From contig CBFHVY010000002.1 of assembly GCA_965659555.1 (NCBI GenBank), positions 12,287 to 76,286 of the forward strand: a stretch of DNA of 64,000 nt. Direction: 5' to 3'. Under the pieces are notes generated by a model. It was given only the letters and a program-made list of their open reading frames with translations. It had not been told where the DNA came from and did not search any database. Positions 57,435 through 64,000 of this stretch are shown here, piece after piece; the stretch's first letter is position 1; every line of letters starts with the position of its first letter. Source of the stretch: Flavobacteriaceae bacterium (GTDB lineage: Bacteria > Bacteroidota > Bacteroidia > Flavobacteriales > Flavobacteriaceae). The position numbers and the translations under genes are program-made.

Positions 57435-59063
57435 TTAATAGTCTTCTTCAACCACTTCAACACAATCGGTACAAGTCAAGCCACCTTCACCCATTAAGAA
57501 ATAATGTCCATCCATATCATTGTCATAAATGTTGGTGGTATTGGCAACATTATTTAAAAACTTTTCAGCGCTTTCATCGAAATACACGGTTACATTTTCA
57601 GGAACAAATACCACTACAGAAACTTTTTCTGACTTTAATATATTCTCTAATTCTGAGATAAAAAATCCATCAATATGTAGTGTTTTATCGACTAATTTGA
57701 GGTTGTGCTGAATTTCTTCTGCATTTTTATTTGCATCGCTTACAGATTTTCCTTCTGAGCCTCTTTTAACGACCACATAAGCTTGGTCTGAATCGCTTTT
57801 TCTAACATCTACTTTTACATATTGAGAATAGATCTTTTTTTCATCGTTCCATTCCACCTCTCTTTTATTATTTTTTGTTCCAAAATAGGTATCGAAATAC
57901 AATTCTTCATTCTGAATCAACTTAATACTTAAGGTATCATTTGCCTGGATAGCCAACGGACTCTTGTCTGATTTTTGTCCGTAATAAGCATTGCCAACGG
58001 TCATTTCTATAGTAGAGAATATCAAGATAAGTAAGGCGATAATCCACACCCCAAGTAAACTCAATGAGGTTGCTTTACTAAATTGTTTAACGTTACTAAA
58101 CAGGATACGAACTCCAAGTACAAATAGAATAACGAATGGTACTCCTGCAAGTATTAACCCGCAAATTGAGAGCAACCAGTAAGGCACTGTAGACCCTAAA
58201 AAGAAGGGTGATAAATCGTCTGCAAATTCAAAGCCCAAAAATTCTAGGCTTCCAATAGAAAATATGGCTATAACAAAGCTTACTAAAATAATTGCCGAAA
58301 CAAACATTAATAATACTCCTGCAAATTTTCCTATGATTTTAAAAAACACGACGATAATATTCCCTAAGGTGTCCAAAAAATCTTGAAACCCCGATTGTGC
58401 TTTTTTACCATATTTTTTATAATCGGCATTGGATATTTTTTCACCCAAACCCTCGGCGCCATCTTTTATTTTGTTGGTTACATGACTAAACTCTTCACGA
58501 ATTTTTTTTTCAATGTTGTCAATGTTCACGGCCTCTCCTTCCATTTGAAGCTTCTCTGCAGTGCTTTTAGCTTCTGGAACTACTATCCATAAAATGATAT
58601 ACGCTGGAACTCCAAATCCTCCAAAAATCGTAAGTAAGATAAAGGCAATTCTCACCCAAACTACATCGATATTCGCATAGTGTCCTAGCCCTGCAGCAAC
58701 ACCACCTAAAAACTTGTCATCGCCATCTCTAAAGAGTTTTTTAGAAGCACTACTTGCGCTGCTGTAATAGCTTTTAGATTCTGTATATCCTTCTTCGTTT
58801 TCGGCATAGGCTTCAGGTTCTCCCATGATTTTGATAACATCACTAATGTCTTGCTCATTAACTACCTGACGAGCATCGGTTATTTTCTCCGATAATAATT
58901 CGCTAATACGCATTTCGATATCGGCTATAATTTCATTTTTTCCTTGAGGATCATCACTCAACGATTTACCAATCGCATCGAGGTATCTTCTCAGTTTAGT
59001 ATAGGCGGTTTCATCGATATGAAAAAAGTACCCTCCTAAGTTTATATTGATTGTCTTATTCAT
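57435..59063 (-). CDS. PspC-domain membrane protein
   Basis: MNKTININLGG N-domain, KKLFRD...LGGVAAGLGHY PspC motif, YIILWIVVP, C-terminal beta domain. Confidence 0.9.
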   Translation of the reverse strand: MNKTININLGGYFFHIDETAYTKLRRYLDAIGKSLSDDPQGKNEIIADIEMRISELLSEKITDARQVVNEQDISDVIKIMGEPEAYAENEEGYTESKSYYSSASSASKKLFRDGDDKFLGGVAAGLGHYANIDVVWVRIAFILLTIFGGFGVPAYIILWIVVPEAKSTAEKLQMEGEAVNIDNIEKKIREEFSHVTNKIKDGAEGLGEKISNADYKKYGKKAQSGFQDFLDTLGNIIVVFFKIIGKFAGVLLMFVSAIILVSFVIAIFSIGSLEFLGFEFADDLSPFFLGSTVPYWLLSICGLILAGVPFVILFVLGVRILFSNVKQFSKATSLSLLGVWIIALLILIFSTIEMTVGNAYYGQKSDKSPLAIQANDTLSIKLIQNEELYFDTYFGTKNNKREVEWNDEKKIYSQYVKVDVRKSDSDQAYVVVKRGSEGKSVSDANKNAEEIQHNLKLVDKTLHIDGFFISELENILKSEKVSVVVFVPENVTVYFDESAEKFLNNVANTTNIYDNDMDGHYFLMGEGGLTCTDCVEVVEEDY

Positions 59064-59400
59064 CTTTGGTTGATTTTTTACTTGTTACTTGGTTTACGGC
59101 ATTAATTAAATTGCTCCATGTTTTTTGTAATTCTTTTAAAAACATTTTACCATTCTCTGTGAGAACGTAATATTTTCTCGGTGGCCCTGAGGTAGATTCT
59201 TCCCATCTATACGATAGCAGACCTGCGTTTTTTAAACGCGTTAGTAAAGGATAAATAGTTCCTTCTACCACAATCATCTCTGCACCTTTGAGCGATGAAA
59301 GAATTTCTGAGGTATAGGCATCTCCTTGCTCTAGTATAGCTAAGATACAATACTCTAAAACTCCTTTGCGCATTTGTGCTTTTGTGTTTTCAATATTCAT
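59056..59400 (-). CDS. PadR-family transcriptional regulator
   Basis: QMRKGVLEYCIL, EGTIYPLLTRLK, GPPRKYY. Confidence 0.93.
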   Translation of the reverse strand: MNIENTKAQMRKGVLEYCILAILEQGDAYTSEILSSLKGAEMIVVEGTIYPLLTRLKNAGLLSYRWEESTSGPPRKYYVLTENGKMFLKELQKTWSNLINAVNQVTSKKSTKDE

Positions 59401-59412
59401 GTATTGTGGTTT

Positions 59413-59838
59413 TTATTTTATAAACTTAATGGTTAGTGGATACTTATATCCTTCCCCTTTGTTGGCTTTTACTGCTGCTAAAATTATAAGTGCTACATAA
59501 ATAATACTAAATAGCCCTGCTAAAGAAGCAAATCCGAAAATACCAAATACGTCGCCAAAGCCTAAATTGAAATCGAAATCGTGAATGTTTGGAAAATCTC
59601 TAAAGATTCGTGCGATAAAAAAGGGAACCATAGTAGCTCCTAAGATTAACGCATAAAGTCCGTAACTTAAATTAAAGTTTACAGCTTCTTTTCCTTGCTC
59701 ATCAAGATATTGACTTCTGTCTTTTAGACTTTGCCATAAGATTAATGGTACAATAACACTTCCGAAAGGAAATATATATCCTGCAAATGCAGAGATATGT
59801 ATTAAGAAAGCATTGGTGTGATCGTTGTTGTTTTTCAT
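59413..59838 (-). CDS. DUF4870 membrane protein
   Basis: GSVIVPLILW, QGKEAVNFNLS, GYKYPLTIKFI. Confidence 0.85.
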   Translation of the reverse strand: MKNNNDHTNAFLIHISAFAGYIFPFGSVIVPLILWQSLKDRSQYLDEQGKEAVNFNLSYGLYALILGATMVPFFIARIFRDFPNIHDFDFNLGFGDVFGIFGFASLAGLFSIIYVALIILAAVKANKGEGYKYPLTIKFIK

Positions 59839-59869
59839 GTGTTGATAATTTATATACTACTTGACTATG

Positions 59870-59877
59870 CAAATATA
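59870..59877 (-). promoter_or_regulatory. -7 element of the DUF4870-padR-pspC operon
   Basis: - strand TATATTTG. Confidence 0.55.
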
Positions 59878-59890
59878 TGTATAAAAAAAG

Positions 59891-59911
59891 GTATTATGCA
59901 AAACATAGTAC
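59891..59911. promoter_or_regulatory. Candidate PadR operator
   Basis: GTATTATG-CAAAA-CATAGTAC; one mismatch from dyad symmetry; overlaps the expected -33 region. Confidence 0.55.
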
Positions 59912-60062
59912 TAAAATAATTTAAATTTTAACATTTTATTTTTTTGTATATAAGAATGAAATGGGCTGTAAGGTCAATAAATACAGCGCTTTGTTGTTTG
60001 TTTTATTCTTTTGACTATATTCGTAAAATGTTAACATTTTTCACTCTTAAGAAGTTTTACAC

Positions 60063-60518
60063 ATGAGTATTACACCTAAAAAAATAAATAATTTTCTATT
60101 TTTTAAACTTCCTTTAGCTTTTATTGCTGGGGTGCGAGTGAAAAATATCGACCAAAATGAGGCGATAGTTACCGTTCGCCATCGATGGATTAATCAGAAC
60201 CCTTATAAGAGCATGTTTTGGGCAGTTCAAGGCATGGCTGCAGAACTTACTACAGGGATTTTAGTAATGAAGGGGATTAGTGATGCAGGTAAAAAAATTT
60301 CAATGTTGGTTACCCAACAACAAGGAACCTTTACTAAAAAAGGAACTGGGGTATTACGTTTTGAATGTCGTGATGGGCATTTAATTACTGAGGCCATTCA
60401 AAAAGCCATTGCAAAGGGAGAAGGACAAACGTTAACCTTAACTTCTCAAGGTTATAACGCCGAAAATATTCCTGTTTCTCATTTTTCTTTTGAGTGGAGT
60501 TTAAAGGTAAAATCGTAA
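60063..60518 (+). CDS. DUF4442 / hotdog-fold thioesterase-like protein
   Basis: KLPLAFIAGVRV, NQNPYKSMFWA, FEWSLK. Confidence 0.82.
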   Translation: MSITPKKINNFLFFKLPLAFIAGVRVKNIDQNEAIVTVRHRWINQNPYKSMFWAVQGMAAELTTGILVMKGISDAGKKISMLVTQQQGTFTKKGTGVLRFECRDGHLITEAIQKAIAKGEGQTLTLTSQGYNAENIPVSHFSFEWSLKVKS

Positions 60519-60577
60519 GTACTGTAACATTAGGATCTTTTTTTCATCTTATAATAGAATTTAAAAATTGATATCAT

Positions 60578-61378
60578 ATGAATGCACACGAAATAACATA
60601 TAGTATTTACGGTGAAGAAATGCAGTTTGTGGAAATAGATTTAGATCCACAAGAAGGAGTCGTTGCTGAAGCGGGAAGTTTTATGATGATGGACAGCGAT
60701 ATTCAAATGACCACTATTTTTGGTGATGGCTCTAAACAAGATAAAGGGGTTTTAGGGAAATTGTTTTCAGCAGGAAAACGATTACTGACCGGTGAGAGTT
60801 TGTTTATGACCGTATTTACCAATATAGGATATGGTGAAAAGAAAGTGTCTTTTTCTTCTCCTTATCCAGGGAAAATTATTCCTATTGATTTATCTGAATT
60901 TGGCGGAAAGTTTGTGTGTCAGAAAGATGCTTTTTTATGCGCAGCAAAAGGAGTGCAAATTGGCATTGAGTTTTCTAAACGATTGGGAAGAGGTCTTTTT
61001 GGAGGAGAAGGCTTTATTATGCAAAAATTAGAAGGAGACGGAATGGCTTTTGTTCATGCTGGGGGTACCATGGCTAAAAAAGTACTAAAAGCTGGAGAGG
61101 TATTACGGGTGGATACCGGATGTATCGTTGGTTTTACTCAAGGAGTAGATTATGATGTTGAGTTTGTAGGGGGTATTAAAAACACCATTTTTGGTGGAGA
61201 AGGCTTGTTCTTTGCCAATTTAAAAGGCCCCGGTACAGTGTATATTCAATCTTTACCATTTAGCAGATTAGCTGGTAGAATACTAGCTATGGCACCTCAA
61301 ACCGGAAAGGGTAGTAGAGGAGAAGGTAGTCTTTTGGGTGGAATAGGCGACTTGTTAGACGGTGATAATCGCTTTTAA
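60578..61378 (+). CDS. TIGR00266 / AIM24-family protein
   Basis: AEAGSFMMM, GESLF, CQKDAFLC, GGEGFIMQ, VDTGCIVGF, GPGTVYIQSLP. Confidence 0.9.
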   Translation: MNAHEITYSIYGEEMQFVEIDLDPQEGVVAEAGSFMMMDSDIQMTTIFGDGSKQDKGVLGKLFSAGKRLLTGESLFMTVFTNIGYGEKKVSFSSPYPGKIIPIDLSEFGGKFVCQKDAFLCAAKGVQIGIEFSKRLGRGLFGGEGFIMQKLEGDGMAFVHAGGTMAKKVLKAGEVLRVDTGCIVGFTQGVDYDVEFVGGIKNTIFGGEGLFFANLKGPGTVYIQSLPFSRLAGRILAMAPQTGKGSRGEGSLLGGIGDLLDGDNRF

Positions 61379-61384
61379 AAGGGC

Positions 61385-62089
61385 TTAGTTTTTCTCTTTC
61401 GTTTTAATCTGATCGATAAACGTATGGAGCTTTTTTCCGTAGGTAGAGCTTTTAATTTTATCGCTTAAGCTACTGTTAATGGTATCTAATAATCCAATAT
61501 TAGCATCTACTAGGTCTGTAAGTGCAATATAAGGAGCTACTTCTGTGTCTGCATTGTTAAGTGCAAAGTTTACGGCAAACAAATAACGTCTACGGGTTAA
61601 ACTCTTTGAGGCAGCATCTACTGCTTCTAAAGCTTTAGTGTCTTTATCTTGTTGGGCTTTTAATTCTTGTTGAATTAATTCTAGAAGCTTATTCTGAAAC
61701 TGACTGTTGATTTTATTGTATTCATTTAGCACTTCTTGGTTTTTAGAACCTTGAATACTTGGTTTTTTTCCAAAATCTTCAACCCAATCGTTAATTGTAA
61801 TAATTCCAGGTTCTCCAAAAAATGGAATTCTAGTAGCTGTAGTTTTATCGTCTAGCGTTAAATAATACATTTCTGGACTGTTAACCTCATCAACTAAGGT
61901 ATAGGTGTCTTCACCAAACATGGCAATAGAATCTACAGATACCAAAAGGGTGTCTTGAATTTTTTGTAGATATAAGGTTCCTTTTTTTAGTCCTTTAATT
62001 TGTCCTTGAACGATCATGTTTCCTTCTTTTTTCGAAGAACAAGCGCTAATGCTCAAAGTAAGTAGTGCTAAAAGTAAAAATTGCTTCAT
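61385..62089 (-). CDS. DUF4369 lipoprotein
   Basis: Lipobox SISAC, GQIKGLKKGTLYLQK, SPEMYYL, FFGEPG. Confidence 0.82.
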   Translation of the reverse strand: MKQFLLLALLTLSISACSSKKEGNMIVQGQIKGLKKGTLYLQKIQDTLLVSVDSIAMFGEDTYTLVDEVNSPEMYYLTLDDKTTATRIPFFGEPGIITINDWVEDFGKKPSIQGSKNQEVLNEYNKINSQFQNKLLELIQQELKAQQDKDTKALEAVDAASKSLTRRRYLFAVNFALNNADTEVAPYIALTDLVDANIGLLDTINSSLSDKIKSSTYGKKLHTFIDQIKTKEKN

Positions 62090-62152
62090 GTTTAGGTGTC
62101 ATTTTGTGAATGCAAATATGCAGATTTCTATAAAACTTTTGCCATATAAATC

Positions 62153-62183
62153 AAAAAAAAAGCGGAGCATGGCTCCGCTTTTT
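62153..62183 (-). terminator. Terminator after the VPS10/BNR gene
   Basis: AAAAGCGGAGC-ATG-GCTCCGCTTTT. Confidence 0.85.
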
Positions 62184-62186
62184 AAC

Positions 62187-64000
62187 TTAGTTCATAGAAA
62201 ATGATTTGGTTTCTTTAAATGGAGAATGTGTTATTTTTTCCACTTGAGCTCTGTAGGTCTTCCAATCGTTTTCAAAAAAGGCATTATTTGTTTTAAGTGC
62301 CTCGTTGAAGGCATCTGTAAACTGTTCGATTAATTGGGTTTCTGTAGCAGTTAAGTTGCCTTTTCTTGAAGCTACATAACTTCTTGCAAGTCCCAAACGT
62401 CTGGTTACGGTAGGCGCTGCATTTCTAGTGATTCCCTGACGGGTATCAATTTTTCCAAAGTAGGTATCGAGTTGTGCATCAATCTTCTTAATAATGTCTT
62501 TTGAAGCCTTGATTTGTTCTTTGTACTTTTCTTTATCTTCTTTACTTAAAGATGTACTGTAATTGGTTGCGATAGTTTTGCTTTCTACCAATTGTTTTAC
62601 TACATCGGCCATGGTAGCTTGATAACGCTCTAGTAATTTACTGGTATCGTAGATTTCATTGAGAGCAGCTTCAGACATTTGTAATCTTGGATCGTAAGCC
62701 ACCGTAATTTTTTGAGTGCTTGTTTCTCCACCATAACTTAGTTTAAGAGTATATTCTCCTGGGGTAACACGAACTCCACTAGGCTCTCTTCTGCTTTTTC
62801 TGATGGTTCTTGAAGGTCTGTCAACCCCCTTTTCATCAATATACCAATACATTTTATGGACTCCACTTTCTTTAGGGGCTTTGTTTTTTAGGGTTCTAAT
62901 GAGTCGGTCTCCATCAAAAATTTGAAGTGTAATCGAATCCTTTTTTACTGAATCTTTTTTAGTGGTATTGATATGATAGGAAATCATAGCTCCACGCGCT
63001 CTGTTTTCTCCATTATATAAAGCGTCAGCTCCAAATCTACTTCCAGTAGGTTGCTGGTAAGCTGCTTGGTAAGCTGTTGGTGGTTCAAATAATACCACAT
63101 CTTTATTGGCTAAATCTAAATTTCCAGCTAGGGCACGTAGTGGTCGAATATCATCTAATACCCATGCAGCTCTTCCAAAAGTTCCGATGATTAAATCGTG
63201 TTCTCTAGGATGAATAGCTAAATCTTTTACAGAAACGGTTGGGAATCCGTTGGTCCATTTGGTCCAGCGTTCACCAGCGTTTAGAGAAACATATAGTCCG
63301 TCATCGGTTCCTAAAAAGAGAAGGTTAGCGTTTATAGGATCTTCAATAATACTTAAGGTGTAGCTTTGTACATCGTTAGCATCTACAATACGCTCCCATT
63401 TTTTACCGTAATTGGTGGTTTTATAGGCGTAAGGTGTATAGTTAAAGCGTCTGTAATCGTTGGCAATTAACAGTGCTTCTCCCTTGTTTTTATTAGAGGC
63501 TTTAATTTGTGTAATCCAACTTCCTTTAGGTAGGTCTTTAATGTTTTTAGTTACATCATTCCATGAAGCACCACCATCGGTTGAGGTATGTACTCTTCCA
63601 TCATCTGTTCCAATCCATAACATGTCTTTTTCTACAGGAGAGGGTTCTATAACTAATATAGTACAGTGGTTTTCTGCACCAGTAGCATCCATAGTTAACC
63701 CACCACTTTCTCCTTGTTTTTGTTTTTCAGGATCGTTTGTGGTTAAATCTGGAGAAATGATATTCCAGGTTAATCCTTTGTCAGTCGATTTATGAACAAA
63801 CTGACTTCCAAAGTATAAGGTGCTATTATCAAAAGGATCCATATTGATAGCTGAATTCCAGTTGAATCGCAACATCACATTTGGATCTGGATGTGTTGGT
63901 TTTACCGAATAGTTGTTTCCTGTAATGTGGTCGTAGCGCACTACAGAACCTTGTTGACTCATAGACCATCCGTACTGGCTATTGTCTTTATCGGGTACGA
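62187..64000 (-). CDS. VPS10/BNR-repeat beta-propeller glycosyl hydrolase-like protein, C-terminal part (runs off the right edge)
   Basis: Asp-box repeats (STDKGLTW, STDGGASW, TTNYGKKW, SLNAGERW), RFNWNS, GTFGR. The frame is open from the track's internal Met (63962) to the window edge. Confidence 0.85.
   Translation of the reverse strand, partial: VPDKDNSQYGWSMSQQGSVVRYDHITGNNYSVKPTHPDPNVMLRFNWNSAINMDPFDNSTLYFGSQFVHKSTDKGLTWNIISPDLTTNDPEKQKQGESGGLTMDATGAENHCTILVIEPSPVEKDMLWIGTDDGRVHTSTDGGASWNDVTKNIKDLPKGSWITQIKASNKNKGEALLIANDYRRFNYTPYAYKTTNYGKKWERIVDANDVQSYTLSIIEDPINANLLFLGTDDGLYVSLNAGERWTKWTNGFPTVSVKDLAIHPREHDLIIGTFGRAAWVLDDIRPLRALAGNLDLANKDVVLFEPPTAYQAAYQQPTGSRFGADALYNGENRARGAMISYHINTTKKDSVKKDSITLQIFDGDRLIRTLKNKAPKESGVHKMYWYIDEKGVDRPSRTIRKSRREPSGVRVTPGEYTLKLSYGGETSTQKITVAYDPRLQMSEAALNEIYDTSKLLERYQATMADVVKQLVESKTIATNYSTSLSKEDKEKYKEQIKASKDIIKKIDAQLDTYFGKIDTRQGITRNAAPTVTRRLGLARSYVASRKGNLTATETQLIEQFTDAFNEALKTNNAFFENDWKTYRAQVEKITHSPFKETKSFSMN

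Noticed and set aside
1585-63795. The many 60-113 aa ORFs nested in or antisense to long genes (e.g. 1585-1860, 17935-18231, 31625-31966, 49844-50173, 63460-63795)
   Set aside because: They shadow well-supported genes and carry no motifs.
1-64000. tRNA, rRNA or riboswitch genes
   Set aside because: All gaps are under ~410 bp, and none showed cloverleaf (GTTCRA) or known riboswitch signatures by eye; tRNAscan or Infernal would be needed to exclude them fully.

Overview
64 kb of a Flavobacteriaceae (Bacteroidota) chromosome, plausibly Polaribacter/Tenacibaculum-like. The taxonomy is inferred from protein families, TAnnTTTG promoters and a T9SS CTD protein. The window is mostly core genes: corA (partial), htpG, fabH, rnz, pyrR-pyrB, aroE, lpxK, ppx, pdxH, recR, a complete hemA/L/B/C-D/E/F/J/H heme cluster, pdhA-pdhC, a second 2-oxoacid E2, a PadR-PspC-GIN envelope-stress operon and a partial VPS10/BNR glycosyl hydrolase-like gene. 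The one clearly accessory element is a 751-aa, AT-rich gene inserted between htpG and fabH (14405-16660). It fuses a degenerate PD-(D/E)xK-like domain, a DGQHR (DndB-like) domain and a Schlafen/AlbA_2 domain with an intact ExxxxExK motif. It is bracketed by perfectly complementary integron-style core sites (GTTGGGCACA just before the ATG, TGTGCCCAAC just after the stop), and no integrase is present in the window. This is the best candidate for a new single-gene, cassette-borne anti-phage system. Other observations: an in-frame TAA splitting a DUF349 gene, a truncated ECF sigma factor, four matching ECF-type promoters, an unannotated 28-aa ORF behind a 12-mer repeat, PadR-like and Fur-like operator palindromes, a T9SS CTD-only protein, a degenerate STAS-like protein and a cysteine-less zinc ribbon. 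No rRNA, tRNA, CRISPR array, transposase or integrase was seen. All family calls come from motif recognition by eye; no database searches were run.
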